64,000 nt of DNA from Phoronis australis (GCA_002633005.1 NMRA01000851.1:1-64000); one strand, 5' to 3'. Positions 1-13,171 are shown, counted from the first letter of the stretch. Program-made: numbers and translations. Notes: a model not told the origin generated them from the sequence alone.

Positions 1-1170
1 AATTAGGGCGAATAGCGGCAGAATTACATACAGCAGCGTAGTTTAATGCACACAAATTACACGTCGTGCAAACCAATCGGCCATCCCGTTTACCATCAAC
101 AATCCCAGTAGCCTTTGCGCACCCTAATTTCCGGACATGCGCAATCGTTAAATCGATTCGGTTGCAACTCCGCTATTATAGGTGAGCAGTTTATTGTTAG
201 AAACGTCAAGCGCTGAAAGACTGGTATCAAAACCAAGTACAAAATGGATACAGAGGTCGTTTCAGTGGTTAAAGTAAGTCGTGAGCATGAGATCGAAACA
301 ACAAAATTTACCCGAATTATAGAATTTGGGTGAGGATTTATCTCTTTTCACAACTTGCTGTGTTCGTAAACACTAAATCTCAGGGGCATAAGTCGACTTG
401 TACATGTGCATTCGTTCTTAACTGTCTGATGCATACACACAACTCTCAATGGATCAATGGTACGTTTTGTCTTCGTTTTCCTGGAAATCTTTCTACCATT
501 TTCACACGTCTTTGACGCAACGTTTTGGCACTTTGGTGAATGAAAGGACTCGGCGTACATGTAGAGTGTATCTACTTTTGTCTGGTCCACTCGTGGGTGT
601 GCATTTAAGTTACTTCATGAAATACGCTTTCCACAGATATCGACCTGCCAACGTATGATGGTAATGCTGGTGGTTCATCGTGCATGTTCCCGTTCATTTA
701 CAAAGGTCTGTCGTACAGTACGTGCATTGATGTGGATCACAATCAACCGTGGTGTGCGACCACCTCTAATTATGACATCGACCATAGATGGGGACATTGT
801 CCAGGTAAGGAAAGTTAAACAACAACTAGTTCCCCATTTTTTCGGCTGGGCGCGCAAATGGTTCAGCCATGCATGGCAAATCAAAAAAAAACCTAAGACG
901 GTAGACTAAAAGTCATTCTGTAGCAACAGAATACCAGAATACTATGTCTCATCAAGGTGTCGCTCCTTCGTCAGACGAAAACTTTCAGGAACTCATGATT
1001 GCTGTGTACATCGAAAGTGGCGTCCACATCACTTATTACTGCTCACATGGCGCTGAAAATGGCAGCGTCACTCCGATCAAATCACTAAACTTCGAAGGGA
1101 AATAGCTGTTCAACATCAAATTTCGACACTGGAATGGGGACAGCAGGAGTGATTGGCGCCCTCACTTTAA

Positions 1171-1691
1171 AGGTGAAGGCAACCTTTTTCCATGTCATTT
1201 TGAGCTAAAATAAGGTGGGTTGGTTATCCTAGACATATTTTCCACTTAATTACAGCTTTTCGTAATTTTATTAATTACTCGTCCGCTACTCCGGAAGTGA
1301 CGTTTTAGGAGACAAGCGTTTCCCGCCACTTGGTTTTGCGTTGACTTTACCGTGCGAATCTGTTCTATTATACTTTTGTTTTGTGCTGTTTCTCAGCAAT
1401 TGTCGCCACCACTTTCCATCGGCGAGTATTCTGCGGCAAGATTGGTTAGCAGAGAACTCAACTACGTTGGATTTAGGGATTGTTTAGTGTGTTGTAAGCT
1501 AAAAATGGCTGGAGTCGGTGACCCGTATCCCAGTGACATTAGTGTGAGTGACGGAGACCTTGTTCACAGCAGTGGTGACGAGGAATTTTTTCACGGACAT
1601 TCAGTGGGTGGGTACATGTTTGAGCCCGAGTATAACGAGGCAGAGTACGCACAGGCACAGGCAGCTGTTGAGAGAAACGAGGCGGCTACTG
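1171..1691. mobile_element. Kolobok DNA transposon, left end (about 160-bp TIR), cut by a scaffold N
   Basis: TTAA (1167-1170) precedes AGGTGAAGGCAACCTTTTTCCATGTC, the reverse complement of the end at 5997 and nearly identical to the TIR at 13172. TTAA TSD, RR..YY termini and THAP are Kolobok hallmarks. Confidence 0.85.
1505..1691 (+). CDS. 5' part of Kolobok accessory protein (KolX; P2X7 C-terminal/nanor-like)
   Basis: MAGVGDPYPSDISVSDGD...GGYMFEPEYNE: acidic N-terminus with a YMFEPE motif that I recognise from this family. Starts inside the left TIR arm, convergent with the THAP ORF. Truncated by N at 1692. Confidence 0.6.
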
Positions 1692-1969
1692 NATTTTACG
1701 TCATACATTTAGTCTGTGGCCACTGGTAATTCGAAATGTGCAAAAATCCATGGTGTGTACTGTTTAAAACAATCCTACAATGCATGATACATTCAACATT
1801 CATGTCACACTTCTCGTTTCTAATTGTTCAAAATATCGTGAAAGAAATCCGATACCAGACCAATCCAGTATTAACACTTTTCCTTCAACATGTTATCAAC
1901 TGTTTTCAAAATTACAGGGATAATTCAACTCCGGAATTTCATGGTTTCTTTAGATTTCTGGGGATTGAT

Positions 1970-2240
1970 CTAAAACCCATAGACACACACCCCCACAACT
2001 CGCTTGACCCACGACCCCCCCCCCCGACTCAGAAATTCCACGGCACGACACCAGCCACAACCCCAAAGGGAAAAGCCAGCCGAGCTCACGGCTCGACTCG
2101 TTGGTCCTGCAGGTCAGCGCTTGTTCTATATTCAGATAGAGTGGAGCTTGGGTAGATTGGGTGGAGCGGGTTGTGGGCGTGGCCAGGTCCAGCAGTTCGA
2201 AGGGTCGTGGTGTGTGAGGGTCGATGGAGTGTTTGAACAA
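1970..2240. repeat. Dispersed repeat with internal hairpin; inverted diverged copy at about 56,790-57,285
   Basis: GAAAAGCCAGCCGAGCTCACGGCTCGACTCGTTGGTCCTGCAGGTCAGCGC matches the reverse complement of 56,900-56,950. ORF-track translations share KPAELTxRLVxPAxQRxFYxQI. Confidence 0.65.
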
Positions 2241-2344
2241 TCTGATTTCTGGTGTTTCACAATGATGACCGCCAATGTTAATTGACATTTGACTTCAAAA
2301 TTGGTGAATTGTCAAAAATGAACACAAATAAGGGAGTTTTATAA

Positions 2345-2530
2345 TATACGGAATGTTAGACCTCGTTCGGCTGCCATTGCCTCCGGTCAGCCTAGGCGTG
2401 AGCGTAACAGGAGATTGACCGGAGAGCCAGATGTTAATCGACCATGGCAACTGGCGTGAGCCTATGCGTGACTTTACCCGGAATTTAGCGTGAGTTGGGT
2501 CTGAACGAAGCGCCCGGCGTGAGCTCCTCT
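2345..2530. mobile_element. Fragment related to the subterminal region of the 52,733-54,124 element
   Basis: Cluster of GCGTGA(G)/CCGGA motifs after TTAGAC, with the same layout as 52,752-52,920. Confidence 0.5.
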
Positions 2531-2964
2531 CACATAGCTACAGTCGAGACAATCTCAACTGCTATCCTCACTTGTTTAGCACGACTAGAACAAGGTACTG
2601 TCTCGTATCTCGAGTGAAATTTCCGTAAGCTATATAATGTTTTTACTATATTGCCCTTATTGTTTGGCATCAGTCTTGTTGCACTAGAGATGCATTGTAC
2701 ATTGTGAATTATTTCTCATTTATTTTTTACTGGTCGATCAAAGGAACTCTTCAACAGAGAGGCACTACTGCCGCTACCAAGTATTAATAGTGTAAGTTTC
2801 TGAGTGCACTTGAGAGCTCGCTTTACTCTCTGGTACATGCCATGACCATGTGTCTTAAAAAGAATTTCATCGATACATCTTAAGAGATTTAATAGCCTTT
2901 AGTATACCTGTTACCAAGAAACAAGCCAAAGTTAAAAACATTTTTTTTCTGCTCTTGGTGTTGT

Positions 2965-3722
2965 ACCTGATGGGTGGAAGACCGTCTCCGTCATCCAGTG
3001 CGATAGTGAGGAGAATATCCGTGAACAGCCGCCTTTTCAGTCATCTAAAGGTGCGTTTGTGGGGCTGCAGTAACAGCAACTTGACTGAGGACGTATCTGT
3101 GTTAAAAATTCTTAAAAACGTGAAAGTTGCACTTAAATGGCTTCGGTTTGGGCGCCTCACGAGAGTGCGGAGCATGCAATTCAGTCGTGAGCCAAACTTT
3201 GTTTGGCACATTTCAATGAATGATGCTCCGACAAAACACAGAAACAACTTTACGACGAACGACTCGCCACCTTCTAAGTGAATTTGCTAATTTTATAAAT
3301 GACGAACAAACTGATTCCATTCTAGGGTGAGTGATGCCAGGCTCCGATTCCGTTCAAGTGCTAGGAGACGTATGCAAATTTAGGCTTATGAATTGTGTTA
3401 GGGCCGTGGGCTCATTCCAACATGGCAATAGTGAATACTAGTGACCCAGATTTACTGTGGCCTTTGTCAGTGTCTATTTTGTGAAAATTGACCACCTATT
3501 GGTTTAGTTGGTGGTAGCTCACATGTGTCTGCAGTATTCCTCGTGCAACTGGGTCGTGTTCCTACTATATTAAAGCCGACGAAAGTGAGAAGTCCAATTC
3601 ATTGTCTGATTCTTTAAGTACTTGAGTGTGATGACCGTAACCTCTCTTTCTCTGTCTGCATAATAATTATCCAGATCTCGCTCATAATCATCCTCGTCCT
3701 CTGAACTGCTATGTTCCGCCAT
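2965..3722 (-). pseudogene. Decayed coding sequence of unknown family (diverged copy at about 58,080-58,750)
   Basis: Starts MAEHSSSEDEDDYE at 3722. Peptides shared with the 58-kb copy include PNKVWLxT, KPxPFxCNFHV, GHHTQVL and ESDNE. Multiple stops and frameshifts. Confidence 0.4.
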
Positions 3723-5438
3723 TGCAATTAATTGTCATGTAACCAAATGTCGTCCACACATTACATCATTTGGCGGGAAACTTGGAAATACCAAATTTGT
3801 CTTCATAATATCGCGACTATTTGGCACAAAGAAGTGCTTAATTAGTTAGATTTTATGGTATTCATTTCATAGTGGCTAACTAAAGCCTAACGAAACCGTA
3901 CGAAAATGCATGGTGGAAACACTTTAACTGAGGATAATGTTAATACATGTATTACATCTGCGCAGGGGATAAAATGTTTTGTGCAATTCATATCTGACCC
4001 AGGGTATATGAGTGAGCTTTGACCTTCAATGTCTTAATTCAAATTTGTCCCTTTCACTGAAATGACAACTGTGTGTTTCCATTTGTAAAAAATGATCGCA
4101 AAAACTTTTGAAATAATACAACTTCCACAGTGAAATTCAAATCACGTCTAACTTGCACACATACTTCTTCCTGTGAAGGCAATTACGTCACATCGTAATC
4201 GAGCAGGCCGATTGGCTACGCCATGCTTAACTTCCGTGTACCACACGGCATGATTCGGTCATACGGAAAAGAAAACTGAGGCGAGATTTTCTGGATAGAA
4301 ATACTTTATATGGTTTCATATCATTTTGATTAATGTGCTAACTAATATTCACTTGTTTTAGTGTTAGTTGAATAATTGAGGAAAACATAAGATAATTTAA
4401 TAGATTCTGATTTTATCGAAAAATTGAACATTCATTTGTACCCACTATATTTCCAAATCAAATCTTTGGTAGGCAGTGCATCCAAAGTTCCACACGTCCT
4501 CTCTTTAGTCGGCTTTTTGTCGACCACCAGCGTAGCAATTTATTTCGTATTGCTATTATTACAGTAGCAATTTTTTCGTCCATCTTTCAAATGTTACTTA
4601 TCAGTATTAATTTTCGGTATATTAAACCTCACATATGCCTATTTTCTACGTCTATTTCTCACTCTAAGCACTGAACACACACTGTTCCAAAAGTTTTACA
4701 TATTTCATGGACATCACTAAGTTATCAAAACTGTTAACCTTTTACCGTACTGTGGAGATATTTTCGTGAAATTAATTTTGCGTAATGCATGATATTTATT
4801 GCATCCCTAATTGCCTAACTTGTTCTTGTTATGGATAAACCAAGATGTAAATTACATGCGAACTTTTCTCACGGCGGGGCAGCTTTTCATCTGAATAATT
4901 ATCAAATATAATTCACCCTTCTGATTCACCACCAATAATTTGACTACAAAATAAAATAATTTAAACTTTAGACATGTATATTGGGCATTTCACACAATGA
5001 CAATTTGTTCATTTTCTAATTTTCGGCCAAATTTGGCACTCTCTAGCAGCCATACTGCATCTTTTCAAAAAGTAACTTTATAATAATTTGTTTAATCATT
5101 CCTTACATCTTCATAATCTAAAATAAATATTCTTGCCTCTCCCGTAGTTTTTACTCACGAAGCATTACCCCAACTGGACTTCGTCCTGTTTTCCTGTTCT
5201 CAGTTGGATCAAGCCCCAATAAGGGGCCTCTTGAAACGTGTAATTAGCTTTGCTGGTTCCCTGGGTACCGCTAGGTGGGGCGGTAGCCACGCCAGCACGC
5301 AGGTATCACTTAATTGTCCTCGAATTTTTTTTTTACACCGACGTTTCTGATTGGGTAGTCGAATTCTCAACAGGCAGCGCAGTACACAAACAAACAGGCA
5401 TGACTGATGGACTGAAGTGTAAATGTGGTCTGTTGTAN

Positions 5439-5997
5439 CGGGAATCAACACAGACGGAATGGCATCCTTCTTCGTTGTTTCGCAGGGACCTTCATCAGTT
5501 CAGCGTACAAATCCCTTTCGTAATCGGACGGCAGAATGTGCTTGCCACACACACGGTAATTCTCGACAGCTTTGTACATGTACGTTGCGTGGACGGGTAA
5601 CGCTGCGTTCTTCACACGAGCGAGCCAAGTACGGCGAAGTGTGCCATCCATCGGAAAGCGATGCAAAGGTACTCCCAAAGCGCGTGTGAGCCGATAATTA
5701 GTACATCCTGGTACGCAGCAACAGTGTGGCATGCTGACTAACTAGTAAATGAAAGCAAACGACGACGGAACTTAACACAACCGAGGTAGAACAATGACTG
5801 ACTCGGCAGCTCTCACAGTCAGAGTATATGAAAAGAAATTGGCGCGAAATGCTTGCCTCTTAAAACGTCACTTCCGGAGTAGCGGACGAGCAATTAATAA
5901 AATTACGAAAAGCTGTAATTAAGTGGAAAATATGTCTAGGATAACCAACCAACCTTATTTTAGCTCAAATTGACATGGAAAAAGGTTGTCTTCGCCT
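5439..5997. mobile_element. Kolobok right end with THAP transposase start
   Basis: Ends ...AAAGGTTGTCTTCGCCT followed by TTAA (5998-6001). TIR matches 1171 onward. Confidence 0.85.
5445..5732 (-). pseudogene. THAP zinc finger, N-terminus of Kolobok transposase (damaged)
   Basis: MPHCCCVPGCTN...LHRFP...W...RVCGKH = THAP C2CH. Frameshift before the xLKxDAIP box relative to the 14-kb copy. Confidence 0.8.
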
Positions 5998-8014
5998 TTA
6001 AGTACTTGAGTGTGATGACCGTAACCTCTCTTTCTCTGTCTGCATAATAATTATCCAGATCTCGCTCATAATCGTCCTCGTCCTCTGAACTGCTATGCTC
6101 CGCCATTGCAATTAATTGTCATGTAACCAAATGTCGTCCACACATTACATCATTTGGCGGGAAACTTGGAAATACCAAATTTGTCTTCATAATATCGCGA
6201 CTATTTGGCGCAAAGAAGTGCTTAATTAAATAGATTTTATGGTGTTCATTTCATAGTGGCTAACTAAAACCTAACGAGACCGTAAGGAAATGCATGGTGG
6301 AAACACTTTAACTGAGGATAATGTTAATACATGTATTACATCTGCGCAGGGGATAAAATGTATACATGTGCAATTCATATCTGACCCAGGGTATATGAGT
6401 GAGCTTTGACCTTCAAAGTCTTACTTCAAATTTGTCCCTTTCACTGAAATGACAACTGTGTGTTTGCCTTTGTAAAAAATGATCGCAAAAACTTTTGAAA
6501 AAAATACAACTTCAACAGTGAAATTCAAATCACGTCTAACTTGCACATATACTTCTTCCTGTGAAGGCAATTACGTCACATCGTAATCGAGCAGGCCGAT
6601 GGGCTACGCCATGCTTAACTTCCGAGTACCACACGGCATGATTCGGTCATACGGAAAAGAAAACTGAGGCGAGATTTTCTGGATAGAAATACTTTATATG
6701 GTGTCATATCATTTTGATTAATGTGCTAACTAATATTCACTTGTTTTAGTGTTAGTTGAATAATTGAGGAAAACATAAGATAATTTAATAGATTCTGATT
6801 TTACCGAAAAATTGAACATTCATTTGTACCCACTATATTTCCAAATCAAATCTTTGGTAGGCAGTGCATCCAAAGTTCCACACGTCCTCTCTTTACTGGG
6901 CTTTTTGTCGACCACCAGCGTAGCAATTTATTTCGTATTGCTATTATTACAGTAGCTATTTTTTCGTCCATCTTTCAGATGTTACTTATCAGTATTAATT
7001 TGCGGTATATCAAACCTCACATATGTCTATTTTCTACGTCTATTTTTCACTCTAAGCACTGAACACACACTGTTCCAAAAGTTTTACATATTTCATGGAC
7101 ATCACTAAATTATCAAAACTGTTAACCTTTTACCGTACTGTGGAGATATTTTGCGAAATTAATTTTGCGTAATGCATGATATTTATTGCATCCCTAAATC
7201 CCTAACTTGTTCTTGTTATGGATAAACCAAGGTGTAAATTGCATGCGAACTTTTCTCACGGCGGGGCTGCTTTTCATCTGAATAATTATCAAATATAATT
7301 CACCCTTCTGATTCACCACCAATAATTTGACTACAAAATAAAATAATTTCAACTTTAGACATGTATATTGGGCATTTCACACAATGACAATTTGTTCATT
7401 TTCTAATTTTCGGCCAAATTTGGCACTCTCTAGCAGCCATACTGCACCTTTTCAAAAAGTAACTTCATAATAATTTGTTTAGTCATTCCTTACATCTTCA
7501 TAATCTAAAATAAATATTCTTGCCTCTCCCGTAGTTTTTACTCACGAAGCATTACCCCAACTGTACTTCGTCCTGTTTTCCTGTTCTCAGTTGGATCAAG
7601 CACCAATAAGGGGCCTCTTGAAAGGTGTAATTAGCTTTGCTGGTTCCCTGGGTACCACTAGGTGGGGCGGTAGCCACGCCAGCACGCAGGTATTACTTAA
7701 TTGTTTCTGATTGGGTAGTTGAATTCTCAACAGGCAGCGCAGTACACAAACAAACAGGCATGACTGATGGACTGAAGTGTAAATGTGGTCTGTTGTACAG
7801 ACAAATCGGTGCTTAAAATTTATGTTCAGGAAATGTGAAGCCTAGAAATCGTGATTGCGCCTTTTCGGAATGCATCTTTCTAAAGTCGATGACATTTGTT
7901 TACGATAGCGTCCTGTCTATTCATACAGTTTGAATAACACTCCGGTTAACTCGGTACATATATATGCTTCAAGCACGCGGCTAATAAACATCACTGCAGA
8001 GACGAAATAGGCCG

Positions 8015-8242
8015 CAGTGGCGGATTTAGAGAGTGGGCCACCAGATACAAACCAGGGGGTGAATAAACAAATGTATAGGCCCTGAAAAAACCCCGTTTAC
8101 TGTTTTTTTGTCAAAAGGTCCGCAAACACAGAAATTCGAGACCCCGCATCCCCACATTTTAGGCTGGGCGCGCGTATCTGCGGAAATTCTGGTTATTCCT
8201 GTGCCCTGGCCCCCCTAACTCAAATTCCTGGATCCGCCCCTG
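8015..8242. mobile_element. hAT-like MITE
   Basis: Termini CAGTGGCGGAT ... ATCCGCCCCTG. No intact 8-bp TSD, so probably old. Confidence 0.5.
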
Positions 8243-9373
8243 AGCCTAGTTGCTGCGACGCCACTTGCATGACAAAGCTAACAATCGTTCACAGTCCGCC
8301 ATTTTTTCACGGTGTTGTACAGCTAACCAATGACTGCCAAGGTTACATCGACCGATACTAAAGCGCGTGCAAGTGCGTGATACCTGCGTGCTGGCTTGGG
8401 AAAGCACGCAGGGAACCAGCGAGGTAATTAGCCGGCGAAAACGACGTAAAAATTTCTATTTTAGAGAAAAAGCAGACAACACTAAGTTACCATTCTCTCA
8501 AAATCACACGGATGATGATCGCTTATTACACAAATTATGTTCATAAATTGTCACTGGCATGCGTGCTTCGTCTAAATGATAGAAGACGTCGTTGTTTGTT
8601 TACATGGAGACCGTGGACGGGGTTATTCCCCTCTATTCAGTCCAAAAAAATCACCAACTCGGTTAAAAGTCATTGTAATTTTGCGTTCTTATTGTAGTGT
8701 CCCCGTAGGTTGCTAAGAGCCTTCAGACCGGATCAGCGGTCACCCCCGGCCAACGTTATTTCTGAAAGTACGATCATTAACGGTATGAAAAGGCATATAT
8801 TCAAGGTCAAGATAAAACATTCATAAAAACAGTTTTATTAATGACTCAGTTCATGACAGACTTTAGGTAAACAGTTTAACACAATGATCTGGACTTCATA
8901 GAAAGCGTACCGAGTGACTGATTCTGTGCCGGAGCAAATGGGGGTCGGATGCCGCCTGGCGCTTGGCGAGCGGTGGGGGGCGGTGCTAAACAGATGTCGC
9001 CCAAGGGGGCACCACTCATTCATGTATGTTAACTGAGGGGTTACAACTTACACAGCTACTGTACCAATCGGGGGTGGGGGGTGCCACTTAGTGTGATGTC
9101 GACAGGGGGCAAGGAAGTGAACGCTACGTCATTTCAATGATTACTGGGATTTCACCTAAACTATAACTGCGATTAACAAACGATAAAATCTAAAACTCAT
9201 GTATATAGCTAGCACTAGGAAAGCAAAGACGGGTCGTTTGACTCCAAATGTGACACACTTGTTCTTGTGGCTCCTGAAGTCAACGGTAACGGGTGGTACC
9301 AATTATGAGCATTTCCAAACCGAGCCAATATACAGTACACCTTGATATGTTGTAGTCAATACCTCGTTCAGAA

Positions 9374-11224
9374 TTTCTTCTGGACAATTTTGGGTGTTTA
9401 GGGTACAGCCATTATCTGTTTGAGTGAAAAGCAAGACCAAATTCTCTTCGGAGAACATGGCATATATATGATTTAATTCCACGACTGGTTCTGCTCAGTC
9501 ACGAATTTACCTATCGCCGCTAGTACGAGCTCATACTCTGCTTTTGGCCTTATTTCATGCGATACATGTACTTTTCAGCATCTCATGTTCTGAATGCCTT
9601 TAGCATCTCTAATTAAAGCCACAAAGCTTTTGTGATCACACTTGTTTGATGAAAATTCTCTAAACGTGGAGAAATGGCCTTAATTCTTCATTTTGTTTTT
9701 AAGAACAAGAGAGCCTTAAAACCAATTCTTTCACAAAGACCACATCATACAAATTCAAAATTCAAAATTCAATGGGATTTATTTCCATTTAGTTGACCTG
9801 AAATTGTCAAATACATAACCAAGGAAGAAAACAAAAGGTTACATGTACAATTTTTACTATATATCCTGAAACCTAATGCCAACTGACTCGCTGGGCAAGG
9901 TCATCTCGTTCAGTTTTGATACTGACCGCGTATTAGGCTTACATCCATTAAATAATTTGTTTACATTTGAAAAATCTTAGACTATATTTTATAACAATTT
10001 AAAGCGGATTTGTTGTTCAAAATTCCGTTCAATTTTTCAGTAAACTCTGCTCATCATTTCCAAAATCGACAGTTTTGCAATACAATTTTCACTAACTGAG
10101 AAGTTGAGGCAAGATATTATTTTTGGTCATTCATCAAAATTTACTCCTTAGCTGCATGTTCAAATTTTACAAATGGCTACAAGGTGCAATATATAGCAGT
10201 AAGAGTGTCACATTGTCACATCATCGATCACTAAAATTAGCTATGAAAAGTGGTCTATGGACTATCTCCCTAGCCTAGCACAAAGCCGTCCAATTTTAGT
10301 AAANTTTCTTCTGGACAATTTTGGGTGTTTAGGGTACAGCCATTATCTGTTTGAAAAGCAAGACCAAATTCTCTTCGGAGAACATGGCATATATATGATT
10401 TAATTCCACAACTGGTTCTGCTCAGTCACGAATTTACCTATCGCCGCTAGTACGAGCTCATACTCTGCTTTTGGCCTTATTTCATGCGATACAAGTACTT
10501 TTCAGCATCTCATGTTCTGAATGCCTTTAGCATCTCTAATTAAAGCCACAAAGCTTTTGTGATCACACTTGTTTGATGAAAATTCTCTAAACGTGGAGAA
10601 ATGGCCTTAATTCTTCATTTTGTTTTTAAGAACAAGAGAGCCTCAAAACCATTTCCTTTACAAAGAACACATCATACAAATTCAAAATTCAAAATTCAAT
10701 GGGATTTATTTCCATTTAGTTGACCTGTCAAATACATAACCAAGGAAGAAAACAAAAGGTTACATGTACAATTTTTACTATATATCCTGAAGCCTAGTGC
10801 CAACTGACTCGCTGGGCAAGGTCATCTCGTTCAGTTTTGATACTGACCGCGTATTAGGCTTACATCCATTAAATAATTTGTTTACATTTGAAAAATCTTA
10901 GACTATATTTTATAACAATTTAAAGCGGATTTGTTGTTCAAAATTCCGTTCAATTTTTCAGTAAACTCTGCTCATCATTTCCAAAATCGACAGTTTTGCA
11001 ATACAATTTTCACTAACTGAGAAGTTGAGGCAAGATATTATTTTTGGTCATTCATCAAAATTTACTCCTTAGCTGCATGTTCAAATTTTACAAAAGGCTA
11101 CAAGGTGCAATATATGGCAGTAAGAGTGTCACATTGTCACATCATCGATCACTAAAATTAGCTATGAAAAGTGGTCTATGGACCATCTCCCTAGCCTAGC
11201 ACAAAGCCGTCCAATTTTAGTAAA
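9374..11224. repeat. Near-identical tandem duplicate (9374-10303 / 10305-11224) across a single N
   Basis: Same start TTTCTTCTGGACAATT and end CAATTTTAGTAAA, with the junction at N10304. Likely uncollapsed haplotypes. Confidence 0.85.
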
Positions 11225-11900
11225 CCCAAATAATTATTCACGGTATACATGTACATTGGTAATTCCAGCCACCAAATTACAACTTTCAATCTATTTTCTA
11301 AGTTACTTATTTTCATTGCTTAAAATAAACAATTTTTGAGATGGTTAATATAACCAAATTTAACCTCAACTGTTACATTCAGTGAGCAAAGGTCATCGGG
11401 TTCAGTTTTGATACTGACAGCGTATTATATCCAAAAAGCATCTTGTTTTCATTTGAAGGAGCTTAGACTTGATTTCTATAACAATTCAAAGCAGAGTTCT
11501 TGCTTAAACTTTGTTCAAATGGTGTGTACACTCTGCTCATTTCCAAAATAAACAGTATTGAAGACAATTTTAACTAAAACGTGAAGTTGAGGCAAGATAT
11601 TTATTGCTCAATCGTCACGATTAACTCTTTAACTGTATGTTCGAAAAGTTACACATGTCTACAGTGGGCAATATGGCAGTAACAAGGTCAAACTAACGGC
11701 CACTAAAATTAGACACAAATAGTAGTCCGTGGATTATCTCCCCTGTCTATCACAAAGCTGTCAGATTTTAATAATGACACAGAATTAGTATACGTTGGAT
11801 ATTCCAGCCACCAAACTATAACTTTTGATCTATTTTGAAGGTTTCTTATTCTCGCTGCTGAAATCATACAATTTGGGAGACGGCTAATATACCCAATTGT
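10810..11900. repeat. Old diverged tandem repeat, unit about 550-570 bp
   Basis: AGGTCATC..GTTCAGTTTTGATACTGAC at about 10,820 and 11,390; ATTCCAGCCACCAAA at about 11,262 and 11,801. Confidence 0.65.
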
Positions 11901-13171
11901 GCCAAATGTGGTCTCATCTTTCAGCGGCAAAATTAGAGGTCACTGTGTGTACAAAAGTTAGAATTTAGCTATTTCTTAGGATACATACTTATCCAAGTGC
12001 AAAAAAAATGAAGTCCAGTTTTGAATTTTCACGTATAGACCGATTTTTGAAATTGTACTGATCTTTATATGGACTGCCTCTGAGTTCTCACTTGTACATG
12101 TACATTGTACAGTGTATACATGGGTTTGGAATAAACATGTAAACAATATTGACGCACTTGTACAAAACGAACAACCCAATTGTCTTCAGGATATGCCAGA
12201 GCATAAAATGTGAATAATGCGCACGTTTATCCCAAATTCCAGCGTCGTGGAGAAAACTGATCACGACCATTTGACGAGTCAGACAGGTTACTGCTATTAT
12301 AATTTTCGCGAAGAATTCCCCTAGGTGGTGGGCCAGAATTTGTAGGGCTTCTAGAAAATGTTTTTTGTGAGTACTTTAGGGGGCAAATTTTATTTTGTTG
12401 TTTTTTAATTCATTTACTAGAGTGTTTTCAATATCTAAAATGTTCCCACGTATAAAGTTGCACATTTTTGAGAAAATTGAGCTTGAAGTTGCATAATAAC
12501 CACCATAGAGCATAGAGAACTTATATGTGTAAGAACAACAGTTTTTGCTATCTTTTTGTAAAACAAGTAATATGGTCCCATCGATGCCACTGTATTGAAC
12601 AATAATATACTCAAATTACATGTTTTACTATTGTAGACTATTTGTAAACAGTGGAATTTAAAAAAAACGCAAACTAAGTCTGAATGTTACTAGGAGGTTA
12701 TTCTGGCATTGTCTGGAAACAAAAATAACACAAAACACTTGACACTGGGCAAAATTTGTCCCTCAATGACTAAAACATTGACTAATGGTGTAAAATACAG
12801 CTTGTTTGCATAATACACCAGAAATACGTTATAGCACAAAAACAATATAGTTGAATGATCTCTGTGAATGTGCACACAGACTGTATGAAAATAATAGATT
12901 ATTCTGACAGTGTTTAGCGAGCAGTACGAGACAGATACATGTACATGACAATGACCAAAGTATGTAATTTCTATGACTTAATCAACAAATATAATTCACT
13001 TTTTAATAAAAAAATCACAAAATAATGGGGTTGGAGGTCCATGTAGGTCTGACTTGTCAAAGAACTATCCAATGTTATGCAGTCAGGATTACGGCAGGGG
13101 ACGACGGCCACTTGGGCATGTTGATTGCAACCATCTACTCCATTCATCATTCCCAAAAAATTTTGACTTAA

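Larger units (their letters stand above)
3614..7797. repeat. Near-identical duplicate 3614-5437 / 5998-7797, probably two haplotypes
   Basis: Both copies start TTAAGTACTTGAGTGTGATG and end AAATGTGGTCTGTTGTA. The first ends at a single N (5438). Only scattered SNPs and indels differ. Confidence 0.85.

Noticed and set aside
240-1070. Short ORFs with scattered Cys/His
   Set aside because: No consistent frame or recognisable domain; at most a highly decayed relic.
1171-5997. A single 4.8-kb Kolobok carrying cargo
   Set aside because: Ns at 1692 and 5438 separate the arms, and the interior contains the empty-site allele of the right flank.
9374-11224. Recent tandem duplications (also 3614-7797 and 26,041-27,727)
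   Set aside because: Each junction coincides with an N or gap and the copies differ at allele-like levels; most likely uncollapsed haplotypes.
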